From: Candidatus Latescibacterota bacterium
Lineage (GTDB): Bacteria > Latescibacterota > UBA2968 > UBA8231
Assembly (NCBI GenBank): GCA_964291625.2
Contig: OZ220090.1
Span: 448,001 to 512,000, forward strand
Length of the DNA: 64,000 nucleotides
Reading direction: 5' to 3'
Below the pieces are notes generated by a model. It saw only the letters and a list, made by a program, of their open reading frames with translations, made no database searches and was not told where the DNA came from. Below, piece by piece: positions 1 to 9,859 of this stretch (position 1 is the first letter of the stretch; every line of letters begins with the position of its first letter). The position numbers and the translations under genes are program-made.

Positions 1-539
1 CCCACGCCTTCATCGCCGCCACCTGGGTCAGCGGCCACTCCGTCAAGCGGGTTTCCGCCAGGCTGAACGCCTTCGTCGACGGGCGCGTCCTCGACGACGA
101 CTTCAACGTCATCGCCGAGCTCGACAACGGCGGCACGGCGGTGATCACGGCTACGCAGATCGCCGTCGGCTACAAGAACGACCACGGCTTCCGCATCTAC
201 GGCAGCGAGGGCTCGCTGGAGTGGCACCAGGAACAGGCCGAGTCCCTCCTGGTGCGAACCGGCGAGGTGGACGAGACCTACTGGATCGGCGGCAACTACT
301 CCTTCTTCCCCGAGTCGGTGGCCTCCTACCTGCGGCTGCCCTCCGGCCACCACGACGACTTCTTCGGCGCCTTGGCCAATCTGCACACCTCCCTGGAACG
401 GCTCATCCGGAGAGGCCGGGGCGAGGAGGCCCCCGAGGCCTTCGATCATCCAGGGGCGGCCGAGGGCGTGGCCGGGATGCGCTTCGTGAAGGCCGCCGTG
501 GACAGCTCCGCGGCCGGGGGGGCGTGGACGGATCTGTGA
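1..539 (+). CDS. Gfo/Idh/MocA family oxidoreductase, C-terminal part (5' truncated by window edge)
   Basis: Frame is open from the window start: HAFIAATWVSG...GRVLDDDFNV...TQIAVGYKNDHGFRIYGSEGSLEWHQE...GMRFVKAAVDS, typical Gfo/Idh/MocA C-terminal domain. Confidence 0.8.
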   Translation, partial: HAFIAATWVSGHSVKRVSARLNAFVDGRVLDDDFNVIAELDNGGTAVITATQIAVGYKNDHGFRIYGSEGSLEWHQEQAESLLVRTGEVDETYWIGGNYSFFPESVASYLRLPSGHHDDFFGALANLHTSLERLIRRGRGEEAPEAFDHPGAAEGVAGMRFVKAAVDSSAAGGAWTDL

Positions 540-671
540 CGCACGCGAGGCGGGGCCGAAGCAGGTCGCCAGCCATGGAAGGCGCCGCTTGCTCACCGGG
601 GATGAGCGTCCTATTTTGAGCAAAGTCCAACCTTTTGCGAACCACGACGTGGCTTTGAGGAGGGCAAGCCC

Positions 672-1604
672 ATGCGTTGTCATCTGCGGCTTCTGATCGG
701 TGCCGCTTTCGTACTCGTACTGTCCCTTGTGACGGGTTCGGAAGCGGTGGTGAACATCCAGAATCTCGGGGCCGGCGCCCGGTCGGCGTCGCTGGGCAAC
801 GCCTTCGTGGCGGTGGCCGACAACGGCGATGCGATGTTCGCCAACCCGGCGGGTCTGGCGACCTTGACGGGGCGTCATCTGGCGTACACCAACGTGTCGC
901 TTCTGCACTCGGGTCTGGAGGAGGACGACCTCGGCCAGCACGTGGTGTCTCTGACGCAGCCCCTGGGCGGCCGTCTGGCGCTGGGGGTGGGCTACGAGCG
1001 CATCGGCTCGGAGCAGATGTCGGAGAACGGGGCGTTTCTGGGCGTGGGCTATCGCCTGAGCCGGGACCTCCAGTTGGGTCTGACGGGCAAGTACGTGTTC
1101 TGGCAGGTGTCGGACTTCGACAGCAACGACCCGGTGTCGGGTCAGAGCGCGGGTTCGGTGGGCGCCGACGTGGGTCTTCTGTGGCGGACGCCGTTTCAGG
1201 GGGCCCGTCTGGGGGTTCAACTGCAGAACGTCCTTCAGCCGAACGCCACCTGCGACTGCGGCGGCTCCCTGGAGTCGGGGGCGGGGGACCTTCCGATGGA
1301 CCTGTCGGTGGGGGTGAGCCACCGCCGGGACCAGATGCTGCTTTCGGTTCAGTGGTCGGTTCGGGACTTGGGGGGCGATGGTTCGGAGAGCCGTCTGGTG
1401 CTGGGCGGGGAGACGAGCCTGGTGGAGGGCCTGATGCTTCGCGCCGGCGGCAGCCGGGCCTTCGAAGAGGACGCCAAGGGCGACCTGAACGCGGGTCTGG
1501 GGTACCGCTGGAACAAGATGCTCTTCGACTACGGCTACCACATCCCCCTCGAACTGTCCGAGGCCAACGGCTCCCACCGGTTCTCCCTGGCCTGGCAACT
1601 GTAG
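672..1604 (+). CDS. PorV/PorQ-family outer-membrane beta-barrel protein
   Basis: Signal peptide; GAGARSASLGNAFVAVAD...FANPAGL N-terminal motif; amphipathic strands; C-terminal HRFSLAWQL; GAGGAGG RBS. Confidence 0.8.
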   Translation: MRCHLRLLIGAAFVLVLSLVTGSEAVVNIQNLGAGARSASLGNAFVAVADNGDAMFANPAGLATLTGRHLAYTNVSLLHSGLEEDDLGQHVVSLTQPLGGRLALGVGYERIGSEQMSENGAFLGVGYRLSRDLQLGLTGKYVFWQVSDFDSNDPVSGQSAGSVGADVGLLWRTPFQGARLGVQLQNVLQPNATCDCGGSLESGAGDLPMDLSVGVSHRRDQMLLSVQWSVRDLGGDGSESRLVLGGETSLVEGLMLRAGGSRAFEEDAKGDLNAGLGYRWNKMLFDYGYHIPLELSEANGSHRFSLAWQL

Positions 1605-1637
1605 GGCGGCACCCAGGGTCTCCCAGGGCTGCATCAA

Positions 1638-1671
1638 CGGGCCGTCCCCTTGCGGGGGCGGCCCGGTTTTT
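1638..1671 (+). terminator. Rho-independent terminator
   Basis: GC-rich hairpin cgggccgtcccc...gggggcggcccg followed by gttttt, downstream of the barrel gene and between convergent genes. Confidence 0.75.
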
Positions 1672-1696
1672 CTGCCGGAGGTCCCGATGTCTCTCC

Positions 1697-2701
1697 TCAG
1701 GCCACGCGGTATCGTTCGACCACCTCGAGGTCGACGTCGATCCCCAGGCCGGGCCCTTCGGGCACGATGAAGTGGCCCTCTTCGACGGCGAGGGAACCAT
1801 CGCAGATATCGGCGACGCGGGTGAAGGGCAACTCGTCGCAGGGCAGCGTGGCGTTGGGAATCGTCGCCTGCAGGTGCACGGAATAGGCTGCGTGAACGCC
1901 CAGGCACAGTCCCCCCGCCTGCACCCAGATGGGCACGTTGGCCGCCTGGGCCACCGCGGCGCAGGTTCGGATCTGCACGGCGCCCCCTCCGATGTTCAGG
2001 TAGTCGACGGCCTCGGCCTTGAGCGCGGCCAGGACGGAGGGAGGCGAGCCGAGGTGGAGTGCCTGGGGGATCCAGGTCTTCTCACGGAGCAGCCGGTACC
2101 AGTCGAGATTGTCCTTGAGGACCGGGTCCTCGAAGTTGGCCACCGTGCCGAAAGGCTCGAGTTCGGCGGCGAGCCTCGCCGCCTCGGAGGGCTGCACGAA
2201 CTGGGTGTTCGGGTCGACGCCGACCGTGTAGTCGGGTCCGGCAGCCTCCTTCATCAGGCGCACCGTCTCGACGATGTCCCATGGCCGCGCCTTGAGCTTG
2301 TGGTTGGTGAATCCCAGGCGCGCGCCGACCTCGGCCTCGGCAGCCGTCTCGGCCGGCTCCATGTGGCAGGACCAGTAGGAGACCGGAACCCGGTCGCGCA
2401 CCTTGGCGCCGAAGAAACGGTGCACGGGCACGCCCCAGGCCTGGCCTGCGATGTCGAGCAGGGCGCAACAGATGGGGTCCGGCTGGGCCATGGCGTCGAG
2501 GGCCAGCGGGTCCTGGCCGGCGAAGGCGGCGAACCCGGCCTCGAGATCCGCCTTGCGGCCCTGGCACTCCCCCCAGCCGGTCAGACCTTCGTCCGTGGTC
2601 AGGCGGACGAGGGTGAGATCGTAGATCTTGGGGACGTACCTGGCGATGGGAGGTTTGGGGGGGATCTCCACCTCGAAGAGATCCACTTCCGTGATCTTCA
2701 T
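1697..2701 (-). CDS. Enolase-superfamily (mandelate racemase/MLE-like) enzyme
   Basis: Start re-picked at MKITEVDLFEV; TDEGLTGWGE, KLK, VDPN, FEDP, PEGPGLGIDVD motifs. Confidence 0.85.
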   Translation of the reverse strand: MKITEVDLFEVEIPPKPPIARYVPKIYDLTLVRLTTDEGLTGWGECQGRKADLEAGFAAFAGQDPLALDAMAQPDPICCALLDIAGQAWGVPVHRFFGAKVRDRVPVSYWSCHMEPAETAAEAEVGARLGFTNHKLKARPWDIVETVRLMKEAAGPDYTVGVDPNTQFVQPSEAARLAAELEPFGTVANFEDPVLKDNLDWYRLLREKTWIPQALHLGSPPSVLAALKAEAVDYLNIGGGAVQIRTCAAVAQAANVPIWVQAGGLCLGVHAAYSVHLQATIPNATLPCDELPFTRVADICDGSLAVEEGHFIVPEGPGLGIDVDLEVVERYRVA

Positions 2702-2762
2702 GGGGTCGGCCTTTCTCGGGAGTCGCCGCGGGCTGCGCCGGGGCACAAGATAGGAGGTTCCG

Positions 2763-3512
2763 TTGGAAGCCGCCTCGACGACGCACCTGGGAATCCTGAA
2801 CGCCGTGCTGGGCCTGGCAGCCCTCGTCGCCTCGATCACCGGCTTCGGGTACGCCCTGGTGGCCGTGCCGTTGCTGGTGGTGCTGCTCCCCCCGCTCCAG
2901 CTGCTGCCCGTGGTGCTCATCAGCTGGGTTCCCCTCGCCCTCGTGCTGATCGCCCAGAGCTGGAGGCACCTCAACCCGCGGCGGCTCCTCCAACTCCTCG
3001 CCGGCGCCCTCCTCGGCGCGCCTGTCGGCCTGTGGCTGCTGTCCTCCCTGGCCGAGGGCACGATGCGGTCCGTCATCGGCGGCATCACGCTCCTCGCCGC
3101 GGGATCCCTCGTGGTCAGGCCCGGCCGGCCCTTCACCCGGGAGGGACCCCCCCTGTTGGCGGCGGGCCTGGCCGGCGGCATCATGGGGGGCGCCAGCGGC
3201 ATCTCCGGTCCTCCCATCGTGCTGCTCGGTCTCAAGCAGGGCTGGGAGCCCCGGGGCTTCCGCGTCGACCTGCTCTGCTTCTTCCTTCTCCTCCACAGTT
3301 CGGTAGCGGCCGGCCTCGGCGGGATGGGGCTTCTCCCCGCCGGGACCCTGGTGCTCTCCCTCGCCGTTCTCCCGGGGGTCTTTCTCGGGTTTGCCGCCGG
3401 CATGAAGCTCAGGCGGCGCATCGACGCGGCCATGTACAGGCGTCTGGCTGTCATGCTCGTGGTGGCCGGGGGCATATGGGCGCTTCTCTCACCCTTCACC
3501 GAAGGCCTGTAA
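2763..3512 (+). CDS. Sulfite exporter TauE/SafE family membrane protein
   Basis: About 8 TM segments; ITGFGYALVAVPLL and GGASGISGPP repeats. Confidence 0.85.
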   Translation: MEAASTTHLGILNAVLGLAALVASITGFGYALVAVPLLVVLLPPLQLLPVVLISWVPLALVLIAQSWRHLNPRRLLQLLAGALLGAPVGLWLLSSLAEGTMRSVIGGITLLAAGSLVVRPGRPFTREGPPLLAAGLAGGIMGGASGISGPPIVLLGLKQGWEPRGFRVDLLCFFLLLHSSVAAGLGGMGLLPAGTLVLSLAVLPGVFLGFAAGMKLRRRIDAAMYRRLAVMLVVAGGIWALLSPFTEGL

Positions 3513-3603
3513 CGCGCTCCCGGCGCAGGTGGGTGGCCACTCCTCGCATCATGGACGTGGCCCCACGGTTCCGGCGCCGGAGAGCCGGGAGGAAGGGTTT
3601 CTG

Positions 3604-4284
3604 ATGGACGGGAAGACGGCCGCCCTTCAGGCCATCGACAGCGTCCGCCGCTACTACGAAGAGCGGGGGATCTTCATGCGGCGATGGGGCTTCGGCCGCA
3701 GCCCGGCACTCGTCGTCATCGACATGGCCTACGGCTGGACCGACGCGGCCTACGCCACCGGCTCACGGAGGCTGGACGAAGCCGTGGAGGGCATCCGCCG
3801 GCTCCTGCCCCTCTGCCGTGACAGGGGCGTGCCGGTGGTCTACACCACCTCTCCCTACCGGCCCGGGGAAGACGAGGAACCCATGCCCCGGTGCGCGGAC
3901 CCCGCCTCACGGCCCTGGGACGCCCGGGCCTGCGAGATCGACGCCAGGCTGGCGCCGAACCCGGGGGAGCTGGTGATCCTCAAGGAGAACGCCTCGGCCT
4001 TCTTCGGCACCCACCTGGCCCCCTACCTGGTGGAGCGCGGCGTCGACACGGTGCTCGTCACGGGATGCTCCACCAGCGCCTGCGTGCGCGCCACGGCTAC
4101 CGATGCCCGGGCCTATCGCTTCCGGGCGGTCGTGCCCCGCCAGTGCGTGCAGGACCGCTGCGAGGCCGCCCACGAGTACAACCTCTTTGACATCGACGCC
4201 AAGTTCGGGGACGTGGTCGATGTCGAGGAGGCCGCCGCATATCTCCACGGTCTGCCCGAGGAAGGGGCGCCCGGCGCTCCATGA
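3604..4284 (+). CDS. Isochorismatase-family cysteine hydrolase (N-carbamoylsarcosine/maleamate amidase-like)
   Basis: PALVVIDM, K...SAFFGT, GCSTSACVRATATDA (Asp-Lys-Cys triad); C-terminal LFDIDAKFGDV. Confidence 0.85.
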   Translation: MDGKTAALQAIDSVRRYYEERGIFMRRWGFGRSPALVVIDMAYGWTDAAYATGSRRLDEAVEGIRRLLPLCRDRGVPVVYTTSPYRPGEDEEPMPRCADPASRPWDARACEIDARLAPNPGELVILKENASAFFGTHLAPYLVERGVDTVLVTGCSTSACVRATATDARAYRFRAVVPRQCVQDRCEAAHEYNLFDIDAKFGDVVDVEEAAAYLHGLPEEGAPGAP

Positions 4285-5258
4285 GAATCCTGGTCACCGG
4301 CATCACGGGCCGCATCGGCGGCAATCTGGCGGACCGGCTCGTTCAGAGCGGGCACGAGGTCCGGGGCCTGGTGTGGGAGGGGGACCGGCGTACCGGCAAG
4401 CTGGAAGGCCTCGGGGTGGAACTGATGGAGGGCAGCCTGACCGAGCCCGGGGACGTGGACTCGGCCGTTGACGGCATGGAGGCGGTCTACCACCTCGGGG
4501 CCGCCTTCCAGGGCGGTGGGCCCTTCACCGAGGAAGACTACTTCCGCGTCAACGTGGGTGGCACCTTCCACGTCCTGGAGGCCTGCCGGCGCCAGCCGGG
4601 GTTCCGCCACCTGCTCTTCGCCAGCACGGACGCCCTCTACGAGAAGTACGTCCCGGGCGGCCTGGACCGCCCCATCACCGAGGACACGCCGCGGCGCCCC
4701 TCGGGCTGGTATGCCCTGTCGAAGGCTCTCGGGGAGGAGATGTGCGAGGGGTACTGGCGCAGTTGCCGGCTGCCGGTGACGACCCTGCGCTTCTCCATGG
4801 TCCTCGGCGCCGGGGAGGTCCTCGACTTCCCGCAGTTCTACCTGAGCCGAATGAAGGAAGGCCGCCCCGAGTTGGAGGCTCTGTGGGAGGGGGAGGAGCG
4901 CCTGGTGCTGCTGAAGGACGACGCCGGACGGCCCTGGATGAAGCACGTGGCCGACGTGCGCGACATCGTCCAGGGCTGCCTTTGCGCCCTCGGCAAGAAA
5001 CGGGCCCATGGCCGGCGGTACCAGCTGGCGGGCCCTCGCGCCTTCACCTGGGACGAGGTCATCTACCGGCTCACCGAGATCCTGGGGATCCCCTTCGTCG
5101 TAGTCCGGCCGGGAGGGCTGCCCACCCGCTACGAGTTCGATCTCACGCGCTCGATGCGGGAACTGGGTTTCCGGCCCGAGTACGACATCGTGCGCATGAT
5201 CGTCGATGCCCTCTCCCATCGCCGGGGGGAGCCGACGGGCGTCGTCCCGACATCGTGA
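4281..5258 (+). CDS. NAD-dependent epimerase/dehydratase
   Basis: ILVTGITGRIG Rossmann motif; YALSK; ATGA overlap with upstream gene. Confidence 0.85.
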   Translation: MRILVTGITGRIGGNLADRLVQSGHEVRGLVWEGDRRTGKLEGLGVELMEGSLTEPGDVDSAVDGMEAVYHLGAAFQGGGPFTEEDYFRVNVGGTFHVLEACRRQPGFRHLLFASTDALYEKYVPGGLDRPITEDTPRRPSGWYALSKALGEEMCEGYWRSCRLPVTTLRFSMVLGAGEVLDFPQFYLSRMKEGRPELEALWEGEERLVLLKDDAGRPWMKHVADVRDIVQGCLCALGKKRAHGRRYQLAGPRAFTWDEVIYRLTEILGIPFVVVRPGGLPTRYEFDLTRSMRELGFRPEYDIVRMIVDALSHRRGEPTGVVPTS

Positions 5259-5288
5259 GGCCAGGCGGCCGAAAAGAGAGAGGAACGC

Positions 5289-6632
5289 ATGGGGAGTGAC
5301 CTGGAGCGGCTGAAGGACTCCGTCTGCGCCGCAGTCGAGGCCAGCCGTGAGCGCATCGTCTCCCTCGGAGAGTCGGTGATGGACGAGCCGGAGGTCGGGT
5401 TCAAGGAGCACCGCACCGCCGACCGGGTGAAATCGATATTCGAAGAAGCGGGCCTGCCCTTCGAGGAGGGCCTCGCCCTCACGGGAGTGCGAGGGGTCCT
5501 GGAAGGAGGGCGGCCCGGCCCCACGGTCGCCCTCATGGGCGAGCTCGACGCCCTGGTCCTGCCCGGCCATCCGCGCGCCGACGGAACGACCGGTGCGGCC
5601 CACGCCTGCGGCCACAACGCCCAGATCGCCGGTCTCGCGGGCGCCGCCCTGGGCCTGGCCGTGTCGGGCGTCGCCCCGCAGTTGTCCGGGCGCGTCGTGT
5701 TCTTCGCCGTTCCCGCCGAGGAGTACGTGGAGATCGACTACCGTCTCGACCTCGTGCGCCGTGGGCGGACCACCTTCCTGGCCGGCAAGCCGGAACTGCT
5801 GCAACTGGGCGCCTTCGACGACATCGACATGGCGGTGATGATCCACTCGGGCAGCTCCGACACCCTTGAGGGCTCCTACGCCCTGTCCGAATCGTCGAAC
5901 GGCTTCCTGGCCAAGAGCGTCTGCTTCCGCGGCAAGGCCGCGCACTCCGGTCTGGCGCCCGAGCGAGGGGTGAATGCCCTGAACGCCGCGAACCTCGCCC
6001 TCACCGCCATCAACGGCCAACGGGAGACCTTCCGCGACGAGGACTGCGTACGCGTCCATCCCATCCTCACCAAGGGCGGGGACATCGTCAACATCGTCCC
6101 CGCGGAGACGCGCCTGGAGACCTACGTCCGGGCGCGCACCGACCCGGCCATGGAGGACGCGGCCGCCAAGGTCGACCGAGCCATCAGGGGCGCGGCCATG
6201 GCCTTCGGGTGCTCGGTCGAGATCGAGACCCTGCCGGGATACCTGCCCCTCGCCAACGACCCCGGGCTGGCCCGTCTGTTCCGCCGCAGCGCCGGACGCC
6301 TCTTCGGCGAGGGCGAGTACCAGGCCCTCGGCCACGGCGGGGGGTCCACCGACGCGGGGGACCTGAGCCAGATCATGCCGGTCCTGCACCCGGTGATGAC
6401 CGGAGCCCGAGGCGCGGCCCACGGCGTGGACTGGCACATCGCGGATGTCGAGGCCGGGTACATGGCCCCGGCGAAAACGCTGGGAATGATGGCCGTCGAT
6501 CTGCTGGCCGACGACGCCGAGGGCGCCCGCCGGGTGCTGGCCGAGGCCCGGCCGCCGCTCACCCGGGAGGACTACCTCCGGCAGCAGAAGGCGCGGTTCC
6601 AGTCGGAGGTCTACGACCCGGAAGCCGCATGA
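5289..6632 (+). CDS. M20-family amidohydrolase
   Basis: PEVGFKE, GELDAL, HACGHN, PAEE, GKAAH, GGSTDAGD motifs. Confidence 0.9.
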   Translation: MGSDLERLKDSVCAAVEASRERIVSLGESVMDEPEVGFKEHRTADRVKSIFEEAGLPFEEGLALTGVRGVLEGGRPGPTVALMGELDALVLPGHPRADGTTGAAHACGHNAQIAGLAGAALGLAVSGVAPQLSGRVVFFAVPAEEYVEIDYRLDLVRRGRTTFLAGKPELLQLGAFDDIDMAVMIHSGSSDTLEGSYALSESSNGFLAKSVCFRGKAAHSGLAPERGVNALNAANLALTAINGQRETFRDEDCVRVHPILTKGGDIVNIVPAETRLETYVRARTDPAMEDAAAKVDRAIRGAAMAFGCSVEIETLPGYLPLANDPGLARLFRRSAGRLFGEGEYQALGHGGGSTDAGDLSQIMPVLHPVMTGARGAAHGVDWHIADVEAGYMAPAKTLGMMAVDLLADDAEGARRVLAEARPPLTREDYLRQQKARFQSEVYDPEAA

Positions 6633-6708
6633 AGCTCGCATCCCCCCGGCCAGGAGGCCGGCGGCGACAGTCCACGACCACCGCACTACCAGTAGAGAAG
6701 GGACGGAG

Positions 6709-7482
6709 ATGCCGTATCGACTCGGGTTGGTTACCTACCAGCTGGCCAAGGACTGGGACGTGGAGGAGATCATCGCCAACTGCACCGAGACCGGCTTTGA
6801 GGGCGTCGAGTTGCGCACGACCCACGCCCACGGGGTCGAGGTGGAGCTCGACACCGGGCAGCGTCGGGAGGTACGGGCCCGGTTCGCGGACTCGGAGGTG
6901 GCCCTGGTGGGGCTGGGCTCGGCCTTCGAGTACGACTCCGTGGACCCGGCCGAGCTGCGGAGCAACATCGAGGGCACGAAGGAGTATGCCCGCCTCGCCG
7001 CGGACGTCGGCGCCCCGGGAATCAAGGTGCGGCCGAACAAGGTGCACGACGACGAAGGCGTCCCTCGCGAGAGGACCTTCGAGCAGATCGGCCGGGCCCT
7101 GCGCGAGTGCGGAGAGTTCGCCGCCCAGCTCGGCGTCGAGATCCGCCTCGAGGTCCACGGCCGCGTCACCTGCGAGCCGGCGCACATCCGCACCATCCTC
7201 GACCATGCCGACCACCGCAATCTCTTCGCCTGCTGGAACTCGAACCCTCAGGACTGCGATGAGTCGGGCTCCATCGACGCCAATTACGCACTGCTGGAGA
7301 AGGAGATCGGTCTCGTTCACATCAACGAGCTGTGGAGCGGGTACCCGTGGTCTCGCCTCTTCCAGCTGCTGCTCGGCTCGGGCTACGAAGGCTTCACCCT
7401 CGCCGAGATTCCGCCGAGCCGGGACCCGCTGCGGCTGATGCGCTACTACCGCGCCCTGTGGCAGGCCCACGGAGCCGGCTGA
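6709..7482 (+). CDS. Sugar-phosphate isomerase/epimerase (AP endonuclease 2 TIM barrel)
   Basis: GFEGVELR, RLEVHG, VHINEL, GYEGFTLAE. Confidence 0.8.
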   Translation: MPYRLGLVTYQLAKDWDVEEIIANCTETGFEGVELRTTHAHGVEVELDTGQRREVRARFADSEVALVGLGSAFEYDSVDPAELRSNIEGTKEYARLAADVGAPGIKVRPNKVHDDEGVPRERTFEQIGRALRECGEFAAQLGVEIRLEVHGRVTCEPAHIRTILDHADHRNLFACWNSNPQDCDESGSIDANYALLEKEIGLVHINELWSGYPWSRLFQLLLGSGYEGFTLAEIPPSRDPLRLMRYYRALWQAHGAG

Positions 7483-8321
7483 TGCCCGAGGTCGCCTACG
7501 TCAACGGTGCCTTCCTGCCCATCGAGCGGGCCGTGGTCTCCATCGAGGACCGCGGTTTCCAGTTTGCCGACGGCGTCTACGAGGTGGTCGCCACCTACGG
7601 CGGCCGCCCGTACGCGATGGAGGAGCACCTCCGGCGCCTGCACCGCAGCCTGCGCGAGATCCGCATCGACTTCGACGTGAGCGGCCTTCCGGACCTCGTG
7701 GAGGAGGGGATCCGGCGGTCGGGCTTCGACGAGACCCTGATCTACATCCAGGTCACCCGCGGCGTGGCCCCCCGCAACCACGAGTTCCCCGAAAGGCCTC
7801 CCGTACCGACGGTGGTGATGACGGTGAAGCAGCTGGAACGCCCGGAGCCGCAGCTCTACGAGACCGGCGTCAAGGTGATCACGACCCCGGATCTTCGTTG
7901 GAAGCGCTGCGACATCAAGTCGATCGCGCTGCTGCCGAACATCCTGGCCAAGCAGCAGGCCCAGGAGGCCGGCGCCTACGAGTCCCTGCTGGTGGACGAT
8001 CTCGGCCAGGTGACCGAGGGATCGTCGACCAGCGCCTTCGTGGTCTCCGGTGGCGCCGTGTCCACCTCACCCGCCGGGCCTCACATCCTGCCCTCGATCA
8101 CCCGCGCCATCCTGCTGGAGATCATACGGGACCTGGGGATCCCGCTCCACGAGAGATTCTGCCGGGTCGAGGATTACCTGTCCGCCGACGAAGCTTTCCT
8201 TGCAGGAACGTCGACCGAGGCCATGCCCGTGGTGCAGATCGACGACACCCCGGTCGGAGCCGGCCGGCCCGGTCCTCTGACGAGCCGGATCCGGGACGCC
8301 TTCCTCTCCAGGGTCGGGTGA
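7482..8321 (+). CDS. dat: D-amino-acid aminotransferase (PLP fold type IV)
   Basis: MPEVAYVNG; EDRGFQFADGVYEV; YIQVTRG; RWKRCDIKSIALL; ILPSITR; TGATG overlap. Confidence 0.85.
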   Translation: MPEVAYVNGAFLPIERAVVSIEDRGFQFADGVYEVVATYGGRPYAMEEHLRRLHRSLREIRIDFDVSGLPDLVEEGIRRSGFDETLIYIQVTRGVAPRNHEFPERPPVPTVVMTVKQLERPEPQLYETGVKVITTPDLRWKRCDIKSIALLPNILAKQQAQEAGAYESLLVDDLGQVTEGSSTSAFVVSGGAVSTSPAGPHILPSITRAILLEIIRDLGIPLHERFCRVEDYLSADEAFLAGTSTEAMPVVQIDDTPVGAGRPGPLTSRIRDAFLSRVG

Positions 8322-8336
8322 GCCCTTCGTACACAA

Positions 8337-8373
8337 GACGAGGCGGGCCGTCAGTTGCGCGGTCCGCCTCGTC
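8337..8373. terminator. Hairpin between convergent genes, probable bidirectional terminator
   Basis: gacgaggcgggccg/cggtccgcctcgtc 14-bp stem with one G-U pair; no strong U-tract. Confidence 0.55.
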
Positions 8374-8394
8374 CGTCGTCCAAAAGCCGATCGC

Positions 8395-9804
8395 TCAGTG
8401 GATGACGACCATCTTGGTCTCCGTCATCTCGTGGATGGTGTACTTCGGCCCCTCCTTGCCCATTCCGGACTCCTTCAGGCCGCCGTAGGGCATCAGGTCC
8501 GCACGCCACTGGGTACCCCAGTTGATGTGGATGTTCCCCGACTCGACCTGCTGGGCGTATTTCAGGGCCCGGTCGATGTCCTGCGTGAAGATCGACGCCG
8601 ACAGGCCGTAGTTCGTGTCGTTGGCCATGGCGATGGCCGCATCGATGTCGTCGACCCGAGTCAGGGCAACGGCGGGACCGAAGATCTCGTCGCAGGAGAC
8701 GCGCATGGCGGGGGACACGTCGGCCAGGATCGTGGGCTGATGGAGGGTGCCCTCGCGGCCTCCGCCGGTGACCAGGCGGGCCCCGCCGGAGATGGCGTCG
8801 GAGATCCAGCCCTCCACCCGTTCGGCGTCGGACTCGCGGATCATCGGCCCCATGGTGGTCCCGTCCTTCAGGGGGTCGCCGGTGGTAAGGCCTTCCACCT
8901 TGGGGGTCAGGGCGTCGATGAAGTCTCCGTACACGGCGTCCTCAACGAGGATGCGCTGCGCCGAGATGCAGACCTGGCCGGCGTTGGCGAAGCCCGAGGA
9001 GGCCACCCCTTCGGCGACCTTGTCGAGGTCGGCGTCGTCCATGACCACCACGGGCGAGTTCGACCCGAGCTCCATGGTGACCCGCTTCAGGCCGGCGGTC
9101 CTGCAGATGTGCTCGCCCACGTCGCGGGAGCCGGTGAAGGAGATCTTGCGCACCCGCTCGTCGGAGGCGATGGCGTCTCCGATGGCCGCGCCCGATCCGG
9201 TGACCACGCTCACCGCCTCCGGCGGGAAGCCGGCATCGAGCATGATCTCCACCAGCTTGACGCCCGACAAGGGCGTGTCGCTCGCCGGTTTGAGGAGCAC
9301 CGCGTTGCCCGCGGCCAAGGCCGGACCGACCTTGTGGCAGACCAGGTTCAGGGGGAAGTTGAAGGGCGTGATCGCCGCCACCACCCCGCACGGCACACGC
9401 AAGGTGAAGCCGAACTTGCCGGCGCCGTTGGAGGCGGCGCTCAGGTCGAGGGTCTCGCCCGTGAGGCGCTTGGCCTCCTCCGCTGACAGGGTGATCGTCT
9501 CCTGGGCGCGCGCCGCTTCTCCCATGCCTTCGGGGAGGATCTTCCCCTCCTCGAGAGTGATGGTGCGGCCCAGGTCGTCCAGGCGCTCGGTCATCAGGTC
9601 GGCGGCTTTGTGCAGCAACTCGTAGCGCTCGAAAGCGGGCATGCCCCGCATGATCTCGGCGCCGCGAACCGCGGTATCGATCGCTTCGGTCACGTCGTCG
9701 GTCCCGGCCCTCGGCACGGTGTCGACGACGGTGCCGTCGAAGGGATTGAGGACCTCGATCTCGTCCTCCTTGCCGATCCACTGGCCGCCCACATGCATCT
9801 TCAT
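8395..9804 (-). CDS. Aldehyde dehydrogenase
   Basis: ITPFNFP, SFTGS, MELGSN (Glu), NAGQVCIS (Cys), EIFGP, PYGGLKESG. Confidence 0.95.
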   Translation of the reverse strand: MKMHVGGQWIGKEDEIEVLNPFDGTVVDTVPRAGTDDVTEAIDTAVRGAEIMRGMPAFERYELLHKAADLMTERLDDLGRTITLEEGKILPEGMGEAARAQETITLSAEEAKRLTGETLDLSAASNGAGKFGFTLRVPCGVVAAITPFNFPLNLVCHKVGPALAAGNAVLLKPASDTPLSGVKLVEIMLDAGFPPEAVSVVTGSGAAIGDAIASDERVRKISFTGSRDVGEHICRTAGLKRVTMELGSNSPVVVMDDADLDKVAEGVASSGFANAGQVCISAQRILVEDAVYGDFIDALTPKVEGLTTGDPLKDGTTMGPMIRESDAERVEGWISDAISGGARLVTGGGREGTLHQPTILADVSPAMRVSCDEIFGPAVALTRVDDIDAAIAMANDTNYGLSASIFTQDIDRALKYAQQVESGNIHINWGTQWRADLMPYGGLKESGMGKEGPKYTIHEMTETKMVVIH

Positions 9805-9859
9805 GGCTTTGATCCTGTTTCTGAAGTGGTCAGTTCGTCGAAATCGTGCAGGAAGATAG

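Noticed and set aside
403-3604. Long alternative-frame ORFs here and elsewhere (e.g. 677-3604, 4113-6686, 16587-20255, 43951-46269)
   Set aside because: Shadow ORFs expected at high GC; low-complexity R/P/G/A or antisense translations overlapping well-supported genes
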